Of a DNA stretch of 64,000 bases, positions 22,052 to 32,522 are shown piece after piece; position 1 is the first letter of the stretch; each line of letters begins with the position of its first letter. The position numbers and the translations under genes were made by a program. Source of the stretch: Rebecca billardiae RCC1528 (lineage: Eukaryota; Protista; Haptophyta); assembly GCA_965240325.2 (NCBI GenBank), contig OZ251237.1, forward strand, positions 806,001 through 870,000, in the 5' to 3' direction. Below the pieces are notes generated by a model. That model had not been told where the DNA came from, ran no database searches, and worked only from the letters and a program-made list of their open reading frames with translations.

Positions 22052-24041
22052 TCAGCCCGCGTACGGCGTGTCCGCGCCCGGGCCTGCGGTTGGCGTCAGC
22101 GGCGGACGCGTAGGGGGGGGACGCTGCGTGAGCGAGACGGCCACGCGCGCGCCGCTGCAGCCCGCCCGCGTGGGATGCAGCCCGTCCGTGCAGACCGCGG
22201 GCGGCATGCGCACCTGGCTTTTTGATCTGCTTGCCCGCCCGGATGATCTCGTCGACGAGCAGCAGCTGCTCGGCGATGACTGCGCTCGAGTCGAGCATCT
22301 GCCGCTTCACGCGCCAGTTGTCCCACACGCCGATCTCGGCGGGCGAGATCGGCTCCCCGGTGTTGATGTCGACGCCGACAACCTTGCCCTGAGACGTCGC
22401 CTCCTGCGCGGTCGAGGCCGGCGCGCGCACCACGCCAGACACGCGCCAAGTCAGCCGCTGCACGCGCTCAGCGCGCGCACTCGCGGCGCGCGCGCGCGCG
22501 CACCTGCAGCTTGATCAGTGTGTCGTTGGCGTCGTAGCCGCCGTTCTCGGCGAGCGTGCGCGGGATGATGAGCAGCGAGTCGGCGTACGCCTGCACGCCG
22601 AGCTTCGCGCGGCCAACCACCGTCTTCTTGAACTCCATCAGGTCGGCGTGCGCCTGCAGCTCGAACGCGCCCGCGCCCGGCACCATCTGCTTGTCCTCGC
22701 ACGCGTTGCGCACCGCGCGCAGGCCGTCGCGCACCGAGTCCTTCATCTGCTCGATGGTGTGCCTGCACGCGCGGCGCGGCGGCGGCGGGCGGGGGCAGGC
22801 GGGGCGCGCGGCTCGGCGGGGCGATGCGCGCTTGCGGCGGTGTGGGCGCGCTTGCGGCGGCGGTGCGTCCCGCGCGCGCGGCGCGCGCAGCCAGCGCACT
22901 TGTGAGGCCCCTTGAGCAGAATCGTGCACGACTTGGGGTGGCGCGTGCCCTCGACGAAGGTGAAGGCGTCCTCGCCGAGCTGCTGCTCGTACACGGACTC
23001 GGCGTAGCCGAGGTCCTCCGGCTTCATCTCCTCGAACGAGTTCACCGCCTGCCCGCCGCACGCCAGCGTGAGCCGCTCCATGTTGCGCCGCTTCGCGCGG
23101 CGCAGCGCGAGCACGCCTTCCTTCTGCAGCAAGTCGAGCGCGAGCGGGTCGATGCCCTTCTGGTTGACGACGACGAAGTCCTCGCCGTTGGTGCACACCT
23201 GGCGCTTGAGCGCGAGGATCAGCGCGACGCGGTCGTCCACCCACTTCCGCTCGGCCGCCAGCATCTTCTCGCGCTGCTCCGCGTTCGAATACATGAAGCC
23301 AGAGTTGACCTCTGACTTCTCGTACTCGAGCGTCGCGTTGCACGTGAGGATGTAGCAGTTGGTGAGCGCCTTCTTCATGTCGGGGTGGCGGCCGCCGTGG
23401 TCGAGCACGAGGCCGCGCACGAGCCGCGACTCCGTCGCGTGCCGGTGCTGCATCGCCATGATCTCGACCATGTGCAGGTCGAGCTGCTCGTTCGGCTGCT
23501 GAATGCACATCACCGCGTCGACCACAATCTCCGTGACCAGATCGGCGAGCTCGGTGTGCAGCTTGGTGCGCAGCGAGGCGTTGGCGACCTTGATCAGGAA
23601 GTCGCGGCTGTCGACGGGCACGTCCTGCTTCGAGCGGTCGAGGAACTGCAGCACGCGCGTCTTCGCCGCCTGGATGCCCTCGCACACGAGCCGCGGGTGA
23701 AGGCCGTCCGCGAGGTAGCGCTCGGCCTGCTTCATCAGGTCGCCGATGATGAGCACGTTGGACGTGGTGCCGTCGCCGGCGACGTCGTCCTGCGCGGTCG
23801 CGATGCGCGCGATCAGGCACGCCGTCGGGTGCTGGATCATCATCTCGTGCAGCAGCGTGTTGCCGTCCTTGGTCAACTTCAGATCGCCCGCGCCGCCGAC
23901 GAGCATCTTGAGCGTGCCCTTCGGGCCGAGGTTGGTCTTGAGCACGTCGTACAGCCCACGCGCGGCGTTGATGTTCATCATCGTCGCGTCCGCATGGCGG
24001 ACGAGGTCCGCGTTCGGGTTGACCACCTCCACAGCCGACAT
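22052..24041 (-). CDS. CCT6: T-complex protein 1 subunit zeta (CCT6), ~4 exons
   Basis: [55 protein letters not shown] and [11 protein letters not shown]. The last exon and stop (22052) are inferred from splice signals. Confidence 0.95.
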
Positions 24042-24173
24042 GCTCGCTGCACGGGGCCCGTTAGCGCAGCGGTTGTCGCGCCCGCGGCTGCGCGCCTGCC
24101 TCCACCCTAACCGGACCACTCAACGTGCCGAACACATCGGTCCGGAGATTTAACGGCCAGCTCTCCACCGTCA

Positions 24174-25227
24174 GAGGCCACTCGAGCGACTTCGTGTCAG
24201 GCGAGGCAGATCGCGCCAGTGCGAGGCGAGGCAGACGCTCGCCTGCCTCGCCCAGCAGGCGAGGCAGCTAAGCTAGTAAAGCCGCGGCCGAACTTTACGA
24301 AAGCCAAATGTCTGCCGGTGCGCCGCCCGTCTTTGCGCACGGTGACAAGGGCGCGCGAGGGCGCTTCCTCACGATCCCGAAGAGCGCTGCGCGCGGCGTC
24401 GCGTTGGCGGCGGCAGCGGCGCTGGGGTGTATCTTGCCCATTCTGCTTGGCGGTGCGCGCTCATGACGCCTCGGCCGCCGCCACGCCATGCGCGACCGGG
24501 CGTGTCGCCTTCTTGACGGGCAGTGCACACGCCCTTGCAAGCGCACAGCCGTGAAGAGCCGAGAGCGTCCGTCGCGCGCACGCCGCCCACGCGGGATGAG
24601 GTTTCAGGACTATTCGTATGACACTGAGCGATCGCGCTCTGGCATGTGCGAGCCATGATGACCATGGGTAGCAACTACGATGACCACTGCTCACCTGCAT
24701 TTCAGCCGATGACATCCTCTCGTTCAGCGATCTTGACTGCTCTGAACGCATGGCGAACTCGGCGGAGCGCATGGGCAAGGTGGCTTCGTTGATAACACAA
24801 AGCATCCCGCGTGGGCGGCGTGCGCGCGACGGACGCTCTCGGCTCTTCACGGCTGTGCGCTTGCAAGGGCGCGTGCACTGCCCGTCAAGAAGGCGACACG
24901 CCCGGTCGCGCATGGCGTGGCGGCGGCCGAGGCGTCATGAGCGCGCACCGCCAAGCAGAATGGGCAAGATACACCCCAGCGCCGCTGCCGCCGCCAACGC
25001 GACGCCGCGCGCAGCGCTCTTCGGGATCGTGAGGAAGCGCCCTCGCGCGCCCTTGTCACCGTGCGCAAAGACGGGCGGCGCACCGGCAGACATTTGGCTT
25101 TCGTAAAGTTCGGCCGCGGCTTTACTAGCTTAGCTGCCTCGCCTGCTGGGCGAGGCAGGCGAGCGTCTGCCTCGCCTCGCACTGGCGCGATCTGCCTCGC
25201 CTGACACGAAGTCGCTCGAGCGGCCTC
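24174..25227. mobile_element. Foldback/MITE-like element: 425-bp near-perfect inverted arms (24174-24598, 24803-25227), 204-bp spacer, TSD CGTCA (or 7-bp CCGTCAG)
   Basis: The arms are reverse complements with about 2 mismatches. CGTCA occurs at 24169-24173 and 25228-25232. Subterminal AGGCGAGGCAG repeats are present. Confidence 0.92.
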
Positions 25228-25303
25228 CGTCAGGAACCGCTCGCGAGCCGGCCGGAGGCGTCACCGGTCTGGCAGCGCCCAGGACTGCTCGTCGCGCCTG
25301 ACT

Positions 25304-27499
25304 TCAGCCCGTCGTCGCCTCAGGTTCAGAGCTGGCAGCATCGGCCGCCACTTCAAGCATCTCCACGCTGCCAGGCGCCCGCAGCCGCTTGGCCTTGCCG
25401 GGGCGCGGTCCCCATGCGCTCCGGGGCGGGGCGGAGTCTGAATCGAAGCTATTATTCTTCTCACCGGCCGCCAGCGCGCCGTTGTTTGGCACGCGCACGT
25501 GCGTGTGTGCCCTCAGCCAGCGCGGAGGCGGCGCGCCCGCGCGCTGGGCGTGCCGCTGGCGCCCGGCGAAGCGCACCGTAAGCGCCGCAGCGCAGATGCA
25601 GCCGGCGAGCAGGGCCACCGCCACTGCCGCTGCGCGCGCCCCGTCCGCGCCGCGGCCTTTGCCGGACGAGCGTCGCAGCGCGCCCGTCGGTGCCGCCGGC
25701 CGCGCGGCGAGGGGGACGATGCGCGCCCCGCTCGATGCGGCGGCGTTGGACACGCAGAACCCGCAAACCGCGCTGGACATACGCGCCCCCCGGCCGTCGG
25801 CGGCGAGGACCGAAGCGTCGGCGGCGCACTGCGTGCCTGCCGCCGCGCGCGACACCGCCGCCGCGCACCGCGCCGCCTCCGCCGCGCGATCGCAGGCATC
25901 CATGGCCGTCGCATTTGCAGCCCGGACGCTCACCGCCGCGGACGCGGGCAGGTCGTCGGCGGCCGCGCGCACGCGGAGCCAGAACGCCGCGGTGACGACG
26001 CGCTCGCCGCCGGCCCCGGCTTCGTCCATCTCGCCAACGCCCGGACTGTCACCGACGGCGGTTACGCCCGGACTGTCGGCGGCGGTTACGAAAAGGCGGT
26101 AGTCGCCCGCCTCGCGGACGTCCGCCCACGCGCTGAGCGTCGGGCCGAAGCCGAGCGCCGTGTCGATCGGGGAGGGGTCGTCCGCGTCCATCCCGCCGTC
26201 CATCGACGAGCACGTCCAGTCGGATGCGCCCAGCACGGGCGGTCGGGGCACGCCGGGCAGCATCACGACGGGCGCGATCATGCCGGCGTGCAGCCTGCGG
26301 CCTGCAGCGGCCGCGCGCGCCGCGCTCACGCCCACGTGCCCGTGCGCGACGAGTCTCGGCAGCTCGGAGAGGCCCGCAGCGCCGGGCTCGTGCCGGACGA
26401 GCACGAGGTGCGCGGCCGCGCCGAGGTACGGCCGCAGCGTGCGCACGGGCACGAGCGTCCCGTTGCGGGCCGATCGCGACAGGTCGAGCCGAAGCCGGAC
26501 ACAACTGCCCCTGCGGATTGCGCGATCGATCGGAAGCCTCCCTCCGCCGCCAGCGAACGCGCTCAGCGTGAGCTGGTAGCACGGCGCGGCGGCGTTGGGG
26601 CTCGCGCTCGCACTCGCTGGGGCGCCGGCGCGCCCGTCCGGACGCTCGACCCCCTCGCCGCTGCCGCAGCACGCGGCACCGTTCGCGGACATGTGCACTG
26701 GCTCGGAGTGAGCGAGCCCGCGCGCACGCGACACGAGCGCGCGCGCATCAGCCGCCGCGATTGGGATGTGCACCGAGCCTTGCCAAGGCACGCCACTCGC
26801 GTGCGCGCGCTGCTCGGCGGCGTCGGCCGGCGCTCCGGCCGAGTCGAAGTGCGCCATCACCGTGAAGGTCGTGCTCCCCCCACCGCCGGGGTCGGAGCTC
26901 AGACCGCTGCCCGCCGTCGCCTCGCAGCTCGCGACCGCGTCGGCACGCACGGCGACGTCGACAGCGAGCGCGTAGCGCCCCGCCCCGGGCAGCTGCGCGT
27001 ACACGCGCAGCTCGTCGTCCGCAACGTCCGCGGTATCGAGCGGGTGCACGTGGTGGAACCACTCCAAATCGGCGGAGAGCGCGATGGCGTGCAGGAGGTG
27101 CCCGTGCTCGCGCGCAAGGTCCGCTCGGCGTATCGGCCGTGCGTTGCGGCATGCGCGCGCGGCCGGCAGGATGGCATCCGTGCAGTACGAGAGCGCGATG
27201 CGCAGTCGCGCGACGTGCGCGTGCGGCAGTGCGGCGTGCGGCGCCCGCGCTCCGGGCATGGGCTCTGCCGTCACCTCTGCTCGCAGTCGGGAGGGGTGCG
27301 TGCACGGCAGCTCGGCAACGCCGGGCCAGCGCGATCGGCGCGCTGCGATCGGCGCGATCGGCGCGCCGATGAGCAGCAGCGTGAGGAGAAGCGCGCAGCA
27401 GACAGGACAGACATGCCGCGCCCATCCGGCAGGCCGCGGCGCGGGGTGGCCCTCCGCATCGAATACTGTTGGATCGGCTGTTGGATCGGCCGACTCCAT
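25304..27499 (-). CDS. Membrane protein with bacterial-type His-motif putative metal-binding domain
   Basis: N- and C-terminal hydrophobic segments. EHGHLLHAIALSADLEWFHHVHP and LRPYLGAAAHLVLV..VAHGH resemble paired His motifs of bacterial secreted heavy-metal-binding proteins. Confidence 0.65.
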   Translation of the reverse strand: MESADPTADPTVFDAEGHPAPRPAGWARHVCPVCCALLLTLLLIGAPIAPIAARRSRWPGVAELPCTHPSRLRAEVTAEPMPGARAPHAALPHAHVARLRIALSYCTDAILPAARACRNARPIRRADLAREHGHLLHAIALSADLEWFHHVHPLDTADVADDELRVYAQLPGAGRYALAVDVAVRADAVASCEATAGSGLSSDPGGGGSTTFTVMAHFDSAGAPADAAEQRAHASGVPWQGSVHIPIAAADARALVSRARGLAHSEPVHMSANGAACCGSGEGVERPDGRAGAPASASASPNAAAPCYQLTLSAFAGGGGRLPIDRAIRRGSCVRLRLDLSRSARNGTLVPVRTLRPYLGAAAHLVLVRHEPGAAGLSELPRLVAHGHVGVSAARAAAAGRRLHAGMIAPVVMLPGVPRPPVLGASDWTCSSMDGGMDADDPSPIDTALGFGPTLSAWADVREAGDYRLFVTAADSPGVTAVGDSPGVGEMDEAGAGGERVVTAAFWLRVRAAADDLPASAAVSVRAANATAMDACDRAAEAARCAAAVSRAAAGTQCAADASVLAADGRGARMSSAVCGFCVSNAAASSGARIVPLAARPAAPTGALRRSSGKGRGADGARAAAVAVALLAGCICAAALTVRFAGRQRHAQRAGAPPPRWLRAHTHVRVPNNGALAAGEKNNSFDSDSAPPRSAWGPRPGKAKRLRAPGSVEMLEVAADAASSEPEATTG

Positions 27500-27714
27500 C
27501 GTGCGGAACGGGCCGCGCGATCTGGTCGCAAATCTCGCTGGAGATGAGTACTTTGTCTCTTCAATCTGTAATCAATGAGCCAGCGCTCGTATTTGGATAT
27601 GAGGCTTGGTGGCGGGCCGGGCGGTCTTATTATTGCCACCAGCTCGTGCAGGCGGTGCAGCAAGCCGGCGGCGGAGGCGCTCCCCTCTTCCTCCCGTCGG
27701 AGCCCAGCGTCGCG

Positions 27715-28541
27715 ATGTTCAAGTGGCTGTTCGGCTCGAGCGAAAAGGACAAGGCCGCGGCGAAGATCCAGGCCCACTACCGTGGCAAGAAGACGCGCTC
27801 AGATTTCGCCTATAGCAAGTGCGCGCTGCGCGTCCCGTGCGCGTGGTGACTCGCAGACGGCACTTTGCTGACGCCGCCGCCCGGCCCTGCGCTCCTCCCA
27901 GGGGCGACCTGAATGAGGCGAAGGTCAGGCGCGAAAGTGCCGCGGCCAAAATCGGCGCGCACTTCCGCGGCACCCGCACGCGCTCGGTAGTGGGGCAGAA
28001 GCGCGGCGAGCGGCAGTTCATGGAGGCGCAGGAGAAGTCGGGCATCCTGGAGAAGCGCTCTGCGAGGAAAAGCTTCATCATGGGCTCCCGGCAGATCGTG
28101 CTCTGGCAGCGGAGATACGTGCGGATCGACAACTTCCACTTCTGCTACAGCTCGAAGGTGCCAAAGGTCCGCGCTGCGGCGCGGGGCCAGAGTGCCACCG
28201 GCGCGCTCGATCCCGCATGAGCCTGCGGCCCGCCACCTGCTGAGCCCCTCGCGCTGCGCGCGCCCTGCTGCCTGCGCGCGCAGAAAGGTCACGAACCCGA
28301 CCCGAAGCGCGACGAGAAGCGCATCCACCTGTTGAACATCACTGACATCCTCACCGTGGAGGGGATGGACGAGTTCATCATCGTGACGAGTGACGCGCAG
28401 TACCACTTCCACTGTGCGAGCGCGGTCGAGAACCAGTCGTGGATCAACACGATCTCGCTGCTGCAGGCGTACCTGAAGGAGCCCACAACGGCACTTGGGG
28501 GAGCGCAGATCTACATGGGCGGGGGCCCACGCGGCGCATAG
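27715..28541 (+). CDS. IQ-motif + PH-domain protein, 3 exons
   Basis: IQ motifs AAAKIQAHYRGKKTR and AAAKIGAHFRGTRTR. PH hallmarks KSGILEKRS..WQRRYVRI..FHCASAVENQSWINTI. GT-AG introns at ~27819-27902 and ~28168-28283. Confidence 0.85.
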
Positions 28542-29395
28542 GGTGATGATCCACACGCGACGCCTGGGGGAGCGCAGGGCCAGCGAAAGGCAGGCCTTTC
28601 GTCGAGGCTGGGCCAGTCACACTCGCAGTGCGTGGGACCGTCCGCCCGCCTCGGAGTCTTCCGCGCACGGGCCACGGCGACGGTTGGGATCCGAGACGCC
28701 AGACGACGGTCGACGTGGGCGGCATCGCGGGCCGCTGTCCGCCCGGGCCGGCCGGCAGCTTCGCCTGCGCGGAGTATGGTGCCGCGAAGTATGCGGTGCC
28801 AGTGACCGCTGTCCGCTGCAACTCTGCAGTGACTGAGACTGCACCGCCCGGCACCGCGACTGCGAGCCTGTCACTACTCACGACCTCACGTGATGTGGCA
28901 TGGCGTGTCCGTGTGGAGTGTCCGTGACACTGACTCAGAATGACTGTCAGAGTGAATCCTGACTGACCCTAGTCGGTCTCGGTCTGCGTTAGCAAATAAT
29001 GGCTCTCGGCCTCTCGCAGTCCCACCGGGTGCCGCGGCGGGGCCGTGGCACCGCGGGCCCGTGGCCGTGCGCGGGCGGCCCGTGCCCCGCGGGCCCGTTA
29101 ATTATTTGTCGCCGTTAATGTTATTATTTATTTATTTATTATAATAGCTACTCGTCCAAACGTGTCAGAGTGCTCTGAGGCGTCGGACTCCGGCTGTCCG
29201 CACTGGCGTCTGCCCTGTGCGGCCCGAGCCTGTGAGTGTGACAGTCATCGGCGGCCATCGGTGCCAGCGCGACTCTGCTTTCAGCTTTGCGCGCGTTACG
29301 AGTGAGAATCCGCCAGGCACCGCAGCTCGCCACACGCACGGCCGTCTGAGCCCCTCTGCTGCCGAGAGAGCCTAGCCAGCGGCGAATGGGCGGGT

Positions 29396-30256
29396 CTAGT
29401 CCTTCTCTGCCATCGCTGTCAGCTGTGTCTCGATCTCCGCATCACCCATTCGCGTGAACTTCGGGTCGGAAGCACGCACGACACACAGCTGCGCGGCACC
29501 ACCGCCGCAGCAAGCGGGAGGCAGGGCAGGGTGCAAGGTCAGCGCGGCCGTGCGCAGCGCACGGCGCGCACGCGCGCGCGCCACAGGCCACCGCACCTCG
29601 ACATCCGACGCCTTCAGATCTGCGCCGACCACGGCCTGCAAGCAGCCGAGCGCCGTCTGCACCGTCTCATCGAAGTCGAACTGCGCGGTCGGGTCGGCCT
29701 TGATCTTCTTCTCGAAATAGTTGTTCGCCTCCTGCTCCTTCTGCCCCGACGAGGTGGCCTTGTACCCGGCAAAGTAGCCGGCCGGGTCGCAGCGGAAGAG
29801 CTTGGGCGTCTTCTGCTCGCCCTCGACGTCGATGCCGATGATGATGAGCGACACACCCAGCGGCCTCATGTACGCGTGCTGCGTGTACACCTGCGCGAGA
29901 TCGGCGGCGCGCTTGGCGAGCGACGCGACCGGCATGTCGTAGCCGTAGGTGAACTTGAACTCCGCGGCCTCCTCGCGCAGGGTCTGAACGGACGAGCGGG
30001 CGTCAGGCATGATGCCCGTCGTCGCGACGCCGATCGTCTCCGTGATCTTGTGCATGTTTGTCACGGAGGTCGGGTCGTGCAGCTTGTCTGGGATCTTCTT
30101 CTGCGTCGCCACGCACGCGCAGTCGATCCCGCGCACACCCACGGACGTCAGCCCGCTCGTCTGGATCGCCTTGAAGGCGTACTCGACCTGGTACAGTCGT
30201 CCTTCCGGCGAGAAGATCGTGATGTGCCGATCGTACCCGGTGGTGCCGCGCGACAT
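29396..30256 (-). CDS. PSMA6: 20S proteasome subunit alpha type-6 (alpha1); one in-frame intron near the 3' end
   Basis: MSRGTTGYDRHITIFSPEGRLYQVEYAFKAI, QVYTQHAYMRPLG and CDPAGYFAGYKAT. Confidence 0.95.
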   Translation of the reverse strand: MSRGTTGYDRHITIFSPEGRLYQVEYAFKAIQTSGLTSVGVRGIDCACVATQKKIPDKLHDPTSVTNMHKITETIGVATTGIMPDARSSVQTLREEAAEFKFTYGYDMPVASLAKRAADLAQVYTQHAYMRPLGVSLIIIGIDVEGEQKTPKLFRCDPAGYFAGYKATSSGQKEQEANNYFEKKIKADPTAQFDFDETVQTALGCLQAVVGADLKASDVEVRWPVARARARRALRTAALTLHPALPPACCGGGAAQLCVVRASDPKFTRMGDAEIETQLTAMAEKD

Positions 30257-30420
30257 GGCGGCGATCTGCGCGCTGCTGTCGTGGCGGCTGGCGCGCGCTC
30301 GCAAGTCCGGGCGAGCGAGCGCTGCTGCGCTGGTGAGCAGTGGCGCGCCGAGCGAGCTTGCCGAAGCGGCACACGATGGCCGCCTTTCGCTACTCTTTTT
30401 GGCAGCATCGCAAAACAAAG

Positions 30421-31146
30421 ATGGCGACGCGACGGCCGCCCCGCACGCTGCTCCTCGCACTCGCGCCGCTCCTTGTCGTGGGGGCCTCGGCACGGAGAGT
30501 GCGCGCCCCATCGTCGTCGACGGCGCGCACACCGTTTGTGCCTGTCTCGCTCAACGCTGCACGCGCCGTGCTCGGCCCCAACCCGACGCGTGAGCAGCTG
30601 GCGTACCACTATGGCTCACCGGGCCGCGTGTTCGAGAAGGTGTGCGTGTCGTGGCTCGGCCCGCTCTTCGTTGGCCTAGGAGTCGACAACGGTCTACTGG
30701 GTGGCTTTGAGGGCACGGTCATCGGCTCCCTCGCCGTGTTCTATTTCGTGTGGGGGCCTGCACTCGCCTCGCTGCAGCGCGGCAAGTGGAGCGTGAACGA
30801 TGCGACTGACGCCGCTATCTTCTTCGGCCGAGTCGCGGATGTCGACGAGGCCGTCGACGATACGGGTGCACAGACCATCGAACTGACCGTGGACGACGGC
30901 TCGCCCCGCCATCGATACGTGCTGTGCGCGCCGTGGCGCAACGAGTACGCAGATGTCGCCGTGGGCATGGACGCGCAGCTGCTTGTCCTGACAAGGCGCG
31001 CCGGCAGGCGGGCGAAAACCCTCCTCGTCTCGGAGTGCTACGTGCCCGCGGCAAAAACCTACGTCGGGGAGTATCCAGATCTCAATCGCAAGGAGTTTGT
31101 GAAGCTGCTCGCGCGTGCCAAACCGGTATTCGCCCGCAAAAGTTGA
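30421..31146 (+). CDS. Putative plastid-targeted membrane protein resembling a conserved cyanobacterial protein family
   Basis: Signal-peptide-like leader plus transit-like segment and TM helices. Motifs YFVWGP, GRVADV, LTVDDG and SECYVP..VGEYPDLNR. Family recalled from memory, not searched. Confidence 0.65.
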   Translation: MATRRPPRTLLLALAPLLVVGASARRVRAPSSSTARTPFVPVSLNAARAVLGPNPTREQLAYHYGSPGRVFEKVCVSWLGPLFVGLGVDNGLLGGFEGTVIGSLAVFYFVWGPALASLQRGKWSVNDATDAAIFFGRVADVDEAVDDTGAQTIELTVDDGSPRHRYVLCAPWRNEYADVAVGMDAQLLVLTRRAGRRAKTLLVSECYVPAAKTYVGEYPDLNRKEFVKLLARAKPVFARKS

Positions 31147-31641
31147 TCTCCATCATCTCGACATCTGATTGCATATTGGCATGACTCAGTCACGACGAGT
31201 ACGGTTATCGATAGCGGCTAGTCGTAGTCAATCATAGTATATACGGTACCGTCGTTTCAATCATCGTCAGTAGTGTCTCAGCAGTCCGGCCGACGAATCA
31301 TGCATGAATCAGCGCATCACCGGCGCCGGCGCGGGCCGAGGCTGCCCGAGTGCCGTGCCTCGGCTGCCGCTGCCGACTACTACTGCTATGTATATATACG
31401 GTGATGATATACGGTGACATGAGACGACATAAGCCAGTAGTAGAGCGCGTGAGCGCGGGCCTCACTCTAAATACTGATTAGTGATTACTGACGATAACTT
31501 AGGCAGCACACGCAACAAGCGCTGATGATCGCAGCCTCGTCCCGCGGTCAGTTGGCACCGCCAGCACGGCGCACGTCAGCATGCGAGCAGCAGGGCGCAG
31601 TGCGCCCCATCCTGCGCCGACAAGCAGTAGACCGTTACCAC

Positions 31642-32283
31642 TCAGAAGCAGCTCGTGCGACCAAAGTGTTGACGGATGGCATCGCGCAGGCGCGCGCGAG
31701 GGCCAACCTTCAGGCCAAGCGCTTTGAGATCGTCATCTGTGAGCAGCTTCAGGTCAGGGAGCGTCACCTCCTCCGATTCGAGAGTCGAGAGCAACTCACC
31801 CAGCGTGTGGGTGTGCAGGAAGTGCGCGAGACTATCGGTGCTCATCCGCGCCGTACACTGCGCGTCACCCTTGAGCCCACTCGAGGAGGGCGATGTCGGC
31901 TGAGACGACAGCGCCAGTGTGGAGACATGGCAAAGGGAGACTCGGCCAGCTTCCACGACCTCCGAAGGCGGCTGAGATGATGGGCGAGTTGAGGGTGGCT
32001 CGGGCTCGTCGGCATCATCGCCTTCGTCAACTGTGTCGTGGTATCCAAACGCGAACCCCTCGTCGTTGCCTCCGTAGCGCGGGTCGTCGTTGAGATGCGT
32101 CAGCGCAATGTCGAGCGACACGTCGTCAAACGTCGCGTCTGACACGCGACGCACCTCGGCGAGCGTCGGGCCTCGGCGCGCCAAAGAGGAGCGGTGCGTC
32201 ATGCCATCGTTGGCAAAGTCTTTCTTGTGCCCACTGGGCGCGGCGAACTCGAAGGACGGCCCGTTGTGCTGCACCGCCGTCAT
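31642..32283 (-). CDS. Small protein with C-terminal SAM domain
   Basis: LAHFLHTHTLGELLSTLESEEVTLPDLKLLTDDDLKALGLKVGPRARLRDAI is a canonical SAM domain. Start MTAVQHNG is inferred. Confidence 0.75.
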   Translation of the reverse strand: MTAVQHNGPSFEFAAPSGHKKDFANDGMTHRSSLARRGPTLAEVRRVSDATFDDVSLDIALTHLNDDPRYGGNDEGFAFGYHDTVDEGDDADEPEPPSTRPSSQPPSEVVEAGRVSLCHVSTLALSSQPTSPSSSGLKGDAQCTARMSTDSLAHFLHTHTLGELLSTLESEEVTLPDLKLLTDDDLKALGLKVGPRARLRDAIRQHFGRTSCF

Positions 32284-32522
32284 GACGCGCACGGTGGCCG
32301 GGATGCGCGTCGTCTGAACTCGCTGGTTTGTGGGGCCGATGCTCAATGCCGGTCATCGACAGACTGACAGAGCGGCGCGACAAATGTGGGTTCACGAATT
32401 CCTCCGGCGTCGCGTCTTTTTGGTGTACGCACACACACTGCAGATACATACAGCAGAAGCTTCTTCTACCCTGACAATGGTCAATTGTGATGGTCTTGAG
32501 GAATCCACGGCCTGAATAAAAA

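Noticed and set aside
24219-25182. Pairs of near-identical ORFs on opposite strands
   Set aside because: Artefact of the foldback element's inverted arms. No protein-like signature.
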